Source: Octopus vulgaris
Taxonomy: Eukaryota
DNA: 64,000 nt
Direction of reading: 5' to 3'
Assembly (NCBI GenBank): GCA_951406725.2
Contig: OX597829.1
Location: 48,732,001-48,796,000 of the forward strand
Shown here: positions 13,000 through 25,497 of the stretch, one piece after another
Layout of the letters: each line of letters opens with the position of its first letter
How positions within the stretch are numbered: the first letter of the stretch is position 1
Made by a program: the position numbers and the translations under genes
The notes under the pieces: model-generated
What the model was told of the DNA's origin: nothing
Seen by the model: only the letters and a program-made list of their open reading frames with translations
The model's database searches: none

Positions 13000-13150
13000 T
13001 TACTGTGGAAGTGAATGCGGAAGTAAAAGATATGATGTTGGACGAAAACTATCAACCACATTTCCGTTTGCTGGATCCTTTAAGAATAAAATACTTTCCC
13101 CATTCAGCATCCGTGCATTTAGCACTTCTTTATCATTCAAAAACATTTGA
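13000..13150 (-). pseudogene. Small R4/Dong-like reverse transcriptase fragment
   Basis: The - strand reads MLNGESILFLKDPANGNVVDSFRPTSYL, resembling non-LTR RT domain 1 (..L..KD..KGN...NFRPI.CL). Confidence 0.55.
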
Positions 13151-13153
13151 CTG

Positions 13154-15937
13154 TTATCTTTTACCCGTTTCACTCATTGGACTGTGGCCATGCTGGGGCA
13201 CCACCTTGAAGGGTTTTAGTTGAACAAAACAATCCCAGTATATCTTTTATCTTTTACTTGTTTCAGTCATTGGACTGTGGCCATGCTGGGGCACCACCTT
13301 GAAGGGTTTTAGTTGAACAAATCAATCCCAGTATATCTTTTATCTTTTACTTGTTTCAGTCATTGGACTGTGGCCATGCTGGGGCACCACCTTGAAGGGT
13401 TTTAGTTGAACAAATCAATCACAGTATATCTTTTATCTTTTACTTGTTTCAGTCATTAGACTGTGGCCATGCTGGGGCACAACCTTCAAGGGTTTTAGTT
13501 GAACAAAACAATCCCAGTATATCTTTTATCTTTTACTTGTTTCAGTCATTGGACTGTGGCCATGCTGGGGCACCACCTTGAAGGGTTTTAGTTGAACAAA
13601 TCAATCCCAGTATATCTTTTATCTTTTACTTGTTTCAGTCATTGGACTGTGGCCATGTTGGGGCACCACCTTGAAGGGTTTTAGTTGAACAAATCAATCC
13701 CAGTATATCTTTTATCTTTTACTTGTTTCAGTCATTGGACTGTGGCCATGCTGGGGCACCACCTTGAAGGGTTTTAGTTGAACAAATCAATCCCAGTATA
13801 TCTTTTATCTTTTACTTGTTTCAGTCATTGGACTGTGGCCATGCTGGGGCACCACCTTGAAGGGTTTTAGTTGAACAAATCAATCCCAGTATATCTTTTA
13901 TCTTTTACTTGTTTCAGTCATTAGACTGTGGCCATGCTGGGGCACAACCTTCAAGGGTTTTAGTTGAACAAAACAATCCCAGTATATCTTTTATCTTTTA
14001 CTTGTTTCAGTCATTCGACTGTGGCCATGCTGGGGCACCACATTGAAGGGTTTTAGTTGAACAAATCAATCCCAGTATATCTTTTATCTTTTACTTGTTT
14101 CAGTCATTGGATTGTGGCCATGCTGGGGCACCACCTTGAAGGGTTTTAGTTGAACAAATCAATCCCAGTATATCTTTTATCTTTTACTTGTTTCAGTCAT
14201 TGGACTGTGGCCATGCTGGGGCACCACCTTGAAGGGTTTTAGTTGAACAAATCAATCCCAGTATATCTTTTATCTTTCACTTGTTTCAGTCATTGGACTG
14301 TGGCCATGCTGGGGCACCACCTTGAAGGGTTTTAGTTGAACAAATCAATCCCAGTATATCTTTTATCTTTTACTTGTTTCAATCATTGGACTGTGGCCAT
14401 GCTGGGGCACCACCTTGAAGGGTTTTAGTTGAACAAATCAATCCCAGTATATCTTTTATCTTTTACTTGTTTCAGTCATTGGACTGTGGCCATGCTGGGG
14501 CACCACCTTGAAGGGTTTTAGTTGAACAAATCAATCCCAGTATATCTTTTATCTTTTACTTGTTTCAGTCATTGGACTGTGGCCATGCTGGGGTACCACC
14601 TTGAAGGGTTTTAGTTGAACAAATCAATCCCAGTATATCTTTTATCTTTCACTTGTTTCAGTCATTGGACTGTGGCCATGCTGGGGCACCACCTCGAAGG
14701 GTTTTAGTTGAACAAATCAATCCCAGTATATCTTTTATCTTTTACTTGTTTCAGTCATTGGACTGTGGCCATGCTGGGGCACCACCTTGAAGGGTTTTAG
14801 TTGAACAAATCAATCCCAGTATATCTTTTATCTTTTACTTGTTTCAGTCATTGGACTGTGGCCATGCTGGGGCACCACCTTGAAGGGTTTTAGTTGAACA
14901 AATCAATCCCAGTATATCTTTTATCTTTTACTTGTTTCAGTCATTGGACTGTGGCCATGCTGGGGCACCACCTTGAAGGGTTTTAGTGGAACAAATCAAT
15001 CCCAGTATATCTTTTATCTTTTACTTGTTTCAGTCATTGGACTGTGGCCATGCTGGGGTACCACCTTGAAGGGTTTTAGTTGAACAAATCAATCCCAGTA
15101 TATCTTTTATCTTTCACTTGTTTCAGTCATTGGACTGTGGCCATGCTGGGGCACCACCTTGAAGGGTTTTAGTTGAACAAATCAATCCCAGTATATCTTT
15201 TATCTTTTAATTGTTTCTATCATTGGACTGTGGTCATGCTGGGGCACCACCTTGAAGGGTTTTAGTTGAACAAATCAATCCCAGTATATCTTTTATCTTT
15301 TACTTGTTTCAGTCATTGGACTGTGGCCATGCTGGGGCACCACCTTGAAGGGTTTTAGTTGAACAAATCAATCCCTGTATATCTTTTATCTTTTACTTGT
15401 TTCAGTCATTGGACTGTGGCCATGCTGGGGCACCACCTTGAAGGGTTTTAGTGGAACAAATCAATCCCAGTATATCTTTTATCTTTTACTTGTTTCAGTC
15501 ATTGGACTGTGGCCATGCTGGGGCACCACCTTGAAGGGTTTTAGTGGAACAAATCAATCCCAGTATATCTTTTATCTTTTACTTGTTTCAGTCATTTGAC
15601 TGTGGCCATGCTGGAGCACCACCTTGATGGGTTTTAGTTGAACAAATCAATCCCAGTATATCTTTTATCTTTTACTTGTTTCACTCATTGGACTGTGGCC
15701 ATGCTGGGGCACCACCTTGAAGGGTTTTAGTGGAACAAATCAATCCCAGTATATTTTTCATCTTTTACTTGTTTCAGTCATTGGACTGTGGCCATGCTGG
15801 GGCACCACCTTGAAGGGTTTTAGTTGAACAAATCAATCCCAGTATATCTTTTATCTTTTACTTGTTTCAGTCATTGGACTGTGGCCATGCTGGGGCACCA
15901 CCTTGAAGGGTTTTTGTTGAACAAAACAATCCCAGTA
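13154..15937 (-). repeat. Tandem array of 30 x 93-bp units derived from the 3' end of a family-A SINE subfamily
   Basis: Unit TATCTTTTATCTTTTACTTGTTTCAGTCATTGGACTGTGGCCATGCTGGGGCACCACCTTGAAGGGTTTTAGTTGAACAAATCAATCCCAGTA. Unit ends fall at 13240+93n up to 15937 with no net indel. It matches the SINE end at 45600-45695. Confidence 0.95.
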
Positions 15938-17034
15938 TATGCTAAAGGAATAAGTAAAACAACTCTTTAAGGCTTGATTGCCAGAAATTAGCAAAAAATC
16001 AATTATGTGTTGGTTGGAATAAATCATATATATATATAAATATGAAGTAATAAAATGAAAATGAAAATATGCATATAAATATATAAATACTACAATGATA
16101 AATAAATAAATACATATACAAACAATAAAGAATAGGTCACACAGCTTCTTAAGAATTTTTTAAAAAAAACCAAAAATGGGATATCAAGGTTAAAATAGTA
16201 TTACAAAATCTGGAACTTAAAAATCAAATATTAAAAGATATGAAATTTCCAAGAAACCCTGAAAGTTAGAGGATTAAAAAGTTTAAAATATTAAAAGTTA
16301 ACATTGAAATTAACAACTGGAAATTAAAAATTTTAAATCAAAAGTAATTGAGTTTTGAAAAATTCCCAAATTCCAAAGTGAAAAGTAAATAAAATAAATT
16401 TTATATTTTCCTGGTCCATGATTTATTAATCATTCAAACCATTTAAACTTAGCTGTTTCTCAGTTATTCTGAACTCACCTGTAAAATTTTTGCTGGATTG
16501 TTGTTCATATTGTTTATGTTCTGCTGTCCTATCCCAGTTCACTATACTTTCACATTAATTTCAATTATCATTTTGTATTCTTTTCTCCAAAAACATTAAT
16601 ATTCTTACTCAACACCTCACTATCCTCTAGCATTTTTTTCTTTTCTACCATAGATTATTCTTAAAATAAAAAAAAATACTATAATGAAAAAAAACAAAAC
16701 ATATTTGTTTTTTTCTTATATTATTCAATGCCATCTCGTTTGATAAAATTTATACTTTGCAACTCTGTGAATGTTTGTTTTCGGTTCTTTGTTAGTGGAT
16801 AATATAATGACTCCATTAATCTTCTTCGTAATCTCCTTTAGCCAGCTTCTTTCAACATTTTAAATGAATTGTGCCTATCAAAGCCATTGTTTTTCTTAAT
16901 TCCAGCTGTCTGTGTCACTTCATCGTTATCACTTCATCATTGTTACTTAATTCATTCTCATTCTTCACACGTACTTATCTTTTCCTCCGCTGTTTTCTAT
17001 CTCCTCTACGGTTCCGGTCTGTGTTTGTTTATCA

Positions 17035-18564
17035 TCACTGTATTAGGAAGAATTTCAACCGTGTTTCGTGGTCCGCTACCACAACAGCTCCATTATAGGA
17101 TCCAGTTAGCTAAAGACATCATCAGGAGGAACCACGTCACTGTATTAAGAAGAATTTCAACCGTGTTTCGTGGTCTGCTTCCACAACAGCTCCTTTATAG
17201 GATCCAGTTAGCTAAAGACATCATCAGGAGGAAACACGTCACTGTATTAAGAAGAATTTCAACCGTGTTTCGTGGTCCGCTACCACAACAGCTCCATTAT
17301 AGGATCCAGTTAGCTAAAGACATCATCAGGAGGAACCACGTCACTGTATTAAGAAGAATTTCAACCGTGTTTCGTGGTCTGCTTCCACAACAGCTCCTTT
17401 ATAGGATCCAGTTAGCTAAAGACATCATCAGGAGGAACCACGTCACTGTATTAGGAAGAATTTCAACCGTGTTTCGTGGTCTACTACCACAACAGCTCCT
17501 TTATAGGATCCAGTTAGCTAAAGACACCATCAGGAGGAACCACGTCACTGTATTAAGAAGAATTTCAACCGTGTTTCGTGGTCTGCTACCACAACAGCTC
17601 CATTATAGGATCCAGTTAGCTAAAGACATCATCAGGAGGAAACACGTCACTGTATTAAGAAGAATTTCAACCGTGTTTCGTGGTCTGCTACCACAACAGC
17701 TCCTTTATAAGATCCAGTTAGCTAAAGACATCATCAGGAGGAAACACGTCACTGTATTAAGAAGAATTTCAACCGTGTTTCGTAGTCTGCTACCACAACA
17801 GCTCCTTTATAGGATCCAGTTAGCTAAAGACATCATCAGGAGGAACCACGTCACTGTATTAAGAAGAATTTCAACCGTGTTTCGTGGTCTGCTACCACAA
17901 CAGCTCCATTATAGGATCCAGTTAGCTAAAGACACCATCAGGAGGAAACACGTCACTGTATTAGGAAGAATTTCAACCATGTTTCGTGGTCCGCTACCAC
18001 AACAGCTCCATTATAGGATCCAGTTAGCTAAAGACATCATCAGGAGGAAACACGTCACTGTATTAAGAAGAATTTCAACCGTGTTTCGTGGTCTGCTACC
18101 ACAACAGCTCCTTTATAGGATCCAGTTAGCTAAAGACATCATCAGGAGGAAACACGTCACTGTATTAGGAAGAATTTCAACCGTGTTTCGTGGTCTGCTA
18201 CCACAACAGCTCCTTTATAGGATCCAGTTAGCTAAAGACATCATCAGGAGGAAACACGTCACTGTATTAGGAAGAATTTCAACCGTGTTTCGTGGTCTGC
18301 TACCACAACAGCTCCTTTATAGGATCCAGTTAGCTAAAGACATCATCAGGAGGAACCACGTCACTGTATTAGGAAGAATTTCAACCGTGTTTTGTGGTCT
18401 GCTACCACAACAGCTCCTTTATAGGATCCAGTTAGCTAAAGACATCATCAGGAGGAACCACGTCACTGTATTAGGAAGAATTTCAACCGTGTTTCGTGGT
18501 CTGCTACCACAACAGCTCCTTTATAGGATCCAGTTAGCTAAAGACACCATCAGGAGGAAACACG
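17035..18564. repeat. Tandem array of 15 x 102-bp units
   Basis: Unit TCACTGTATTA(G/A)GAAGAATTTCAACCGTGTTTCGTGGTC(T/C)GCTACCACAACAGCTCC(T/A)TTATAGGATCCAGTTAGCTAAAGACATCATCAGGAGGAA(C/A)CACG; units start at 17035+102n. Confidence 0.95.
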
Positions 18565-19399
18565 TCCCGTTTCGGCCCCCTACTCCTTTACCATTTTGAC
18601 GCCCCCCCCCCTTTCGGAGGTGTCCTCAGCTCTGGTGTTGGGTGCATGTCTTCTTTCTTCTTCTTTCTTCTGTTCCCTGGCCCCTTCGATGTAGCATCAA
18701 TGACTTTCAACGGGCGACTGACTGTCTTGCCAAATTTCACCATTCTTTTGTTCCTTATGCAAAACTACTTTTTCCCCCCTCGTTATTTATTCAAGTCTTA
18801 ATTCATTCAAATATCCTTTTTTTTTCATAATTTCCTTAGCTCAGGTCACAAACTCCTTGTTCCAATGCATCAAATATTCATTTCTTTCCACTCTGAATAT
18901 AATCTATGTCTGCATCCCTCCCCACCTCTCTCTCTCTCTCTCTCTCCTTTCTCTGTAATTCCATCTTGATTTATTTGGATTACTTCGATAAGATTTTATA
19001 GCAATTAGATTCATCTCTTTATTCTGTTCAGGAGACAATCCTGTGACTAAGGCATTCAGAGCTCAAATGAGGACTTGATCCATAGATTCAGGACTCAAAT
19101 TAGGACTTGATCCAAGAGCTTGATTCATAGTTAGACAAATTTCTTAGCAGGCCTTTGCTAGCTTATATCTGCTAAATTATGTCTGTCTGTCAATGTAGCA
19201 CCTATTGAACCCTCTCAGTAACACCAAAGAATGTCAAATACCTGTCTATGCTGGGCAATTGTGTATTAGTTGAGAGGAAGCTCTATCTGTTGGCACAGAG
19301 GTGGAATTTTAGCTCAGAAACACAAAGAGCCAAATCACATGACATCTTACCTGAAACTTTAGTAATTCTGCCAGTCGTCCACCTACTCTGACCTAAAGG

Positions 19400-19662
19400 T
19401 GAGATGAAGTTACCTTCACGAGCCAATCCAATTCATAAGGGCCAATTTCCTGGTTTCCATGGCGTATATATTCCCCACCTGGACAGGATGCTGGTCCGGC
19501 ACAGGGTTACCGATTTTTCCCAGATGAGTGGACTAGTACGATGTGAAATGGAGCGTTTTACTCAAAAACACAACACATCATCGCCCAGTACAGGAATTGA
19601 AACCACAATCTTATGATCATGAATCCAACAACCCTAACCACTAAGCCACATGCTTCCACTCA
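19400..19662 (-). mobile_element. Diverged tRNA-derived SINE (family C-like head)
   Basis: The - strand begins GTGGAAGCATGTGGCTTAGTGGTTAGGG...GGTTTCAATTCC; flanked by repeated ACTCTGACCTA. Confidence 0.7.
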
Positions 19663-19884
19663 CTCTGACCTAGCACTTTACCAATTCCAAAAGGATGAAA
19701 GGCAAAGATGACCATGGCAAGGATTTCATCCAAGAGCACAAAATATGAGAATAAATTTATGGTATTCTATCAAAAACTTCAACATCACTACCAATTCCTT
19801 TCAACTGCACCAATTTCACCATTTTTGGAAGATCTGCAAAATATTATGAGCATTGTCTCTTCTTTGGTTAAATACTATTTTTTA

Positions 19885-20380
19885 ATCTTTTATGTGTTCC
19901 AATCATTAAACTTGCAGCCATGCTGGAACACCATCTTGTAGGGTTTGGTTGAACAAATCAGCCACAGTACTTTTTCTTTCTTTTAAAAGCATGGTATTTA
20001 TTTCATTGATCTCTTTTTGCTGATCTGTTAAGTCACGGGGATGTAAACAAGCCAAAACCAGTTATCAGGCAGTAGTGGGCAGCAAAGACAATCACTCACA
20101 CACACACACGCTTACACACACACACACACACACACATAGACACACACACACACACACATAGACACACACACACACACACTCACACACACGCGCGTGTATG
20201 CACACACATATATGCAATGGGCTTCTTTCAGTTTCCATTTACCGAATCCACTCACAGGGATTTAGTTTTGGCTTGAAGCTATAGTAGGAAACACTTGCCC
20301 AAGGTGCTGCACGATGGGATCGAACCTGGAACCACATGTTTCAGAAGCAAAACTTCTTACCACACAGCCATGTCTGTGCC
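19885..20380 (-). mobile_element. Old family-A SINE
   Basis: Collinear but diverged relative to 3595-4003. Confidence 0.75.
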
Positions 20381-20562
20381 TATGGCAAAAAAAAATTTAC
20401 AATAGTTTCTTAATAATATGGCTGCCGTATCTAATTATTGGTTGTTTTAAATCAATTATTGAAAACAATATACAATATCCTGTATAATAATTGCTAATCT
20501 CGGCCCATGTTTTGTTGTCAGTGTCATCATTACTATTGCTACAGTGATTCCCAAAAGCAAAC

Positions 20563-20975
20563 CAGCATCATCATCATCATCATCGTCATCATCGTCATTG
20601 TTGTCATTGTTCTCTTCATTATCATCATCAACATCATCATCGTCACCATCATCATTATCATCACCATCATCATCATCATCATCATCATCAACATCATCGT
20701 CACCATCATCATTGTCACCATCATCATCACCATCATCATCAACATCATCATCATCATCATCATCAACATCATCATCAACAACAACATCATCATCATCACC
20801 ATCATCATCATCACCATCATCATCAACATCATCATCATCATCATCATCAACATCATCATCAACAACAACATCATCATCATCACGATCATCACGATCATCA
20901 TCATCATCATCATCATCATCACTGATATCACCGTCACCACCACCACCACCACCATCATCATCGTCCTCTTCATCA
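20563..20975. repeat. (ATC)n-rich microsatellite
   Basis: Directly visible; poly-I/S/M ORFs. Confidence 0.95.
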
Positions 20976-21019
20976 TTATAATTGGGTTATATTTTACATT
21001 ATTTAATTTTCCAATTATA

Positions 21020-21071
<52 letters not shown>

Positions 21072-21311
21072 GTATATTACAATTGTCATCAGTTTTTGTT
21101 TGTAATTTCAAATTTCTTTGTTTCCTTGGTAACTATAGATATTTATTCTATGTATTTTCATGTTTCATTTGTTTTAAATATTTTCAAAATTTACATTGTA
21201 TTATATTATATTACATTGTGTATAACGTTTTTCACATTGCATTCATTTTATCTCCGTCTTTCATGTATAGAGCAATTAAAGTTAATCATGTTTGGATGTC
21301 TTGTGGATGTC

Positions 21312-21670
21312 TCATCATCATCATCATCAGTGTTTAACATCTGTTTTCTATGCTGGCATGGGTTAGGCTGTTTGACTGGGGACTGGCAAGCTAGTAGGCT
21401 GCGCCAAGCTCCAATCTGATCTGGCAGAGTTTCTTCAGCTTGATGCCCTTCCTAATGCCAGCCACTCCAAGAGTGTAGTGAGTGCTTTTTATGTGCCACT
21501 GGTACGGGAGCCAGTCAGGGGGCACTGGCATCGACCTCGTTTGGATGATACTTTTTACATGCTACCAGCACAGGGAGCCAATCAGGTGTCACTGGAATCA
21601 ATCCACGCTTGAATGGATCTTATTACATGCCACCGGCATGGGTGCCAGTCAAGTGGCACTGGCATCGGCC
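21312..21670 (-). mobile_element. Interspersed repeat family D with (GAT)n tail (RTE-type 3' end or RTE-dependent SINE)
   Basis: Shared core GGCGTTAGGAAGGGCATCCAGCTGTAGAAAC...CCAACCCATGCTAGCATGGAAA...TAAACGATGATGAT. Other copies lie at 23231-23425, 23550-23660, 26278-26650, 27240-27592, 35972-36208 and 44629-44728. Confidence 0.75.
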
Positions 21671-22358
21671 AAAACTACAATTTCCATTTTGATTTCGATC
21701 TTGATTTATTTTTGATGTTGATTTTAGATTTTACTTGACTCAATAGGTCTTCACAAGTGGAGCGTATCACCCTTGATTCAAGAGTACTTTTAAAATGGGC
21801 TGGTCATGTGATACTTTACATGCCGAGTCTTCTCAATCACAGCATATCTCCAAAGATCTCGGTATATCTTTATACTATATATCTTTATAGGTTCAGTTGT
21901 AACTGTGTGGCCTAGTGGTTTCCTTCCCAACCACCTGGTTCCAGTGTTCAATCCCACTGCATGACACCTTGGGCAAGTGACTTCTACTATAGTCCCAGAC
22001 TGGCCAAAGCCTTGTCAGTGGATTTGGTAGAGGGAAACTGATACAAGCCCGTGATCATGTGGTCATGTGATCACACGGCTGACCATTACTGGTCACAATG
22101 TGCTTTGCATCGTTTTAGCTTTTGAATGATGCCACCCCACTGGCTAGGCATGCAGGCCAACATTCCTCCCCTCTTTGGAAAAAGGGACTGAAGCAACGTG
22201 AAATGAAGTGTTTTGCTCAAGAACACAATGCATCACCCAGTCTGGGAATGGAACCCACGATCTAGTGATCATGAGAATGACAGCCTAACCTCTTGGCCAT
22301 GCATCTTCACTGGATGCCCATCATCAGTTTGTGTGTGTGCATGTGTGTGTGTATGTGT

Positions 22359-22406
<48 letters not shown>

Positions 22407-22407
22407 A

Positions 22408-22714
22408 GAGGCGCAATGGCCCAGTGGTTAGGGCAGCGGACTCGCGGTTGTAGGATCGTGGTTTTGATTTCCAGACCCAGCGTTGTGAGTGTTTATTGAG
22501 CAAAAATACCTAAAGCTCCACAAAGCTCCAGCAGCGGTTGGTGGTGATCCCTGCTGTACTCTTTCACCACAACTTTCCCTCACTCTTCTGTTGGCCTGCT
22601 TGCTTAGCCAGCGGGGTGGCATCATTTGAAGGCTAAAACAATGTGAAGCGCATTGTGACCAGTGATGTGTAGCAACATCTGATAGCCTGGTCTGTCATGG
22701 TAGTGATCACAGTG

Positions 22715-22716
<2 letters not shown>
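22408..22716 (+). mobile_element. Family C (tRNA-Arg-like head) SINE with a different 3' half
   Basis: GAGGCGCAATGGCCCAGTGGTTAGGGCAGCGGACTCGCGG head shared with 12430; the 3' part is complementary to 22050-22165. Confidence 0.75.
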
Positions 22717-22741
<25 letters not shown>

Positions 22742-22745
<4 letters not shown>

Positions 22746-23045
22746 GAATGAGAGAAATGGAAAATGGATTTAGCAAGAATCTTTATTCAGCACAACAATT
22801 GCATTTTGACCCATCTTGTATCTGTCCCTTACAGGTGGGATATAGTACACCTGGTTGTGTTGCATCCATGAATGCTGGCTGTGTCTCGTCAGGTGTCTAG
22901 ACATGTGATGTGACACAGCCTGCATCGATGGATGCAACACAACTAGGTGTACTGTATCCCACCTGTGAGGGACAGGTGCAGGATGTGTTGAAAGGAATAA
23001 AGATTCTTGCTAAATCCATTTTCTGTTTTCCTCATTTATTATTAA
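22742..23045. repeat. Spacer-less imperfect palindrome (~150-bp arms), probably an inverted Penelope-like pseudo-LTR junction
   Basis: Centre TGTCT|AGACA at 22894-22903. Arms include GGATTTAGCAAGAATCTTTATTC / GAATAAAGATTCTTGCTAAATCC. Lies between (TA)n tracts. Confidence 0.8.
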
Positions 23046-23444
23046 ACTCTACAAACACTGCAGAAATCTTGATGTAGATCCACTGACAATTATATCTTAA
23101 CTGTGGATGACATCAGGTTACTTAAATGTGACAGTGCTCCAATCGGCATACTACTAGACATATACCCAAAGTCCTAGTAGTTACCTATATATATAATAAA
23201 TTGCAAATAATATATATATATATATATATCCAGCCTCGTCTGGCACGTAAAAAGCACCCACTACACTCACGGAGTGGTTGGCGTTAGGAAGGGCATCCAG
23301 CCGTAGAAACATTCCCAGATCAGACTGGAGCCTGGTGCAGCCTTCTGGCTTCCCAGACCCCAGTTGAACCGTCCAACCCATGCTAGCATGGAAAGCGGAT
23401 GCTAAACAATGATGATGATGATGATATATATATATATATGTATG

Positions 23445-23489
<45 letters not shown>

Positions 23490-23815
23490 GAGTCAGTGGA
23501 CAAATGAAAGAAAAGGACACTAAACGCATGTAGTAGGAGTTACATTTTACATCATCATCATCATCATCATCTTTTAAAGTCTGCTTTCCATGCTGGCATG
23601 GGTTGGGCGGTTTGACTGAGGACTGGCAAGCCAGGAGGCTGCACTAGGCTCCAATCTGTTTCATGTATTTATAATAGTTTCATAAGTATTGGGGTCAGTT
23701 TGACTAAGCCCTTAAATGCGGTTCCCCTCCCCTAGCATGGTCGTTGTTCAATGATTACCTGAAACAAGTGAGAAACAGAAGAAACTAATTGCCATAATTT
23801 TATTTGTCTTTGTAG

Positions 23816-23960
23816 GAAATCTGAAGAACCAGAGATCCAAAGATTATTCCCAAATGCCAAGATACAACATGTTCCAAATGCTGGACATTGGCTACACTCT
23901 GAAAAACCAAAAGAATTTTTAGCTGCAGTTAATTCCTTTTTAGAAACTTTACAAAATTAG
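23816..23960 (+). CDS. ABHD11: ABHD11 terminal coding exon, including the catalytic His motif
   Basis: Polypyrimidine tract plus TTTGTAG acceptor ends at 23815. The phase matches the previous exon (GG|G = Gly). It reads KSEEPEIQRLFPNAKIQHVPNAGHWLHSEKPKEFLAAVNSFLETLQN*, with TAG at 23958-23960. AGHW.H.E.P..F is the ABHD11/YbfF C-terminal motif. Confidence 0.93.
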
Positions 23961-24100
23961 ATAATTACAAGTAATGGTTATTTTCTTTTTTTAATTAAAA
24001 AACCAGAAACATTTTATTGTGTTATTACACCTTATAAGATATCTAAAGAAAGAAGAATTTTTGATATTTGATACAATTCCCAAGAATTTAAGAAATCTCA

Positions 24101-24106
24101 AATAAA
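24101..24106 (+). promoter_or_regulatory. Candidate polyadenylation signal of ABHD11 (second AATAAA at 24218-24223, followed by a T/GT-rich tract)
   Basis: AATAAA 140 bp after the stop codon. The background is AT-rich, so chance matches are possible. Confidence 0.45.
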
Positions 24107-24472
24107 TGGTTTGTACTGTAATTAAAACAAAAGTGGAAATAAGATCTTTTATTTATTCAACAGTTCTCAATACAAAATTTCCGGGAAAGAAATATGGCTT
24201 TAAATTTCAATTATGAAAATAAAATTTTATTTATTTTGTTTTTCTTAATGTAGTTTCTTTTGTGTTTTAATTTTGTAAATTTTGCTTTTCTAATTTTCTA
24301 AGACAGAATCACAATGAAAGAACCATTTATTTACTTTTGGAATACAATATTATTTTCATTGGCAGTGATTCACCAAAAGAGACTGATAGAATAAATTCCA
24401 GACATTAATGTAAAGACTGAGATCATTCTGTGTCAAATGGAACCAAAAAAAAAAAAAAAAAGAAAACCAAAC

Positions 24473-24894
24473 AGGCGCAGGAGTGGCTGTGTGGTAAGTA
24501 GCTTGCTAACCAACCACATGGTTCTGGGTTCAGTCCCACTGCGTGGCATCTTGGGCAAGTGTCTTCTGCTATAGCCCCGGGCCGACCAATGCCTTGTGAG
24601 TGGATTTGGTAGACAGAAACTGAAAGAAGTCTGTCGTATATATGTATATATATGTGTGTATGTATGTGTGTTTGTGTGTCTGTGTTTGTCCTCCTAGCAT
24701 TGCTTGACAACCAATGCTGGTGTGTTTATGTCCCCGTCACTTAGCAGTTCGGCAAAAGAGACTGATAGAATAAGTATTGGGCTTACAAAGAATAAGTCCC
24801 GGGGTTGATTTGCTCGACTAAAGGCGGTGCTCCAGCATGGCCGCAGTCAAATGACTGAAACAAGTAAAAGAGTAAAAGAGTAAAGAGTAAAGTA
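24473..24894 (+). mobile_element. Family-A SINE, full length
   Basis: Head to (GAGTAAAA)n tail intact. Confidence 0.9.
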
Positions 24895-25218
24895 ATGCTC
24901 CAATATGACCGTAGTCCAATGACTGGAACAGGTAAAAAATAAAAGACAGATATTGTTTTTTTTTATATTTTCTCCTGGTCTGTTTTTATGAAGTGTACCT
25001 GTAGGATTGTAGAGATTTAGAGCTGTATCTATTCAATGAGAGTAAGGTGTGATTTGCAGGCAATTTTGCTGCTATTTCTGGCAGGCTGTGTGGCCACAAC
25101 AGTGCAGCGTTTATGAAGATTTTGCCTTCATGGTTTCCTGTAGATGAACTGAAAGAATAATTAGTGCAGTTCACATGGAAGTTAAATTTTTAAAAGAAAG
25201 TTTTCAAGTTAGAATATA

Positions 25219-25454
25219 TCTTTTATTCTTTTACGTGTTTCAGTCATTTGAATGCGGCCATGTTGGAGCACAACCTTTTAGTCGAGCAAATCAACCCCAG
25301 GACTTATTATTTGTAAGCCTAGTACTTATTCTACCGGTCTCTTTTGCTGAACTTCTAAGTTATGGGGGATGTAAACACACCAGCATCGGTTGTCAAGTAA
25401 TGGTGGAGGGGGACAAACACAGACACACAAATACACACATACAAATACATACAG

Positions 25455-25497
<43 letters not shown>

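Noticed and set aside
12964-13150. Alternative last exon of ABHD11 (CAG acceptor after a CT tract, in phase, 62 codons)
   Set aside because: No similarity to the hydrolase C-terminus; the opposite strand reads as a retrotransposon RT fragment; a phase match is a 1-in-3 chance.
13154-18564. CRISPR-like arrays
   Set aside because: The units are contiguous repeats with no unique spacers, the context is eukaryotic, and there are no cas genes.
16869-18599. 576-aa ORF made of 34-aa repeats
   Set aside because: It is open only because the 102-bp unit is a multiple of 3 and stop-free in one frame. It has a TTG start, most unit variants are non-synonymous (R/G, P/L, H/L, N/K, I/T), no domain is recognisable, and it lies within an intron.
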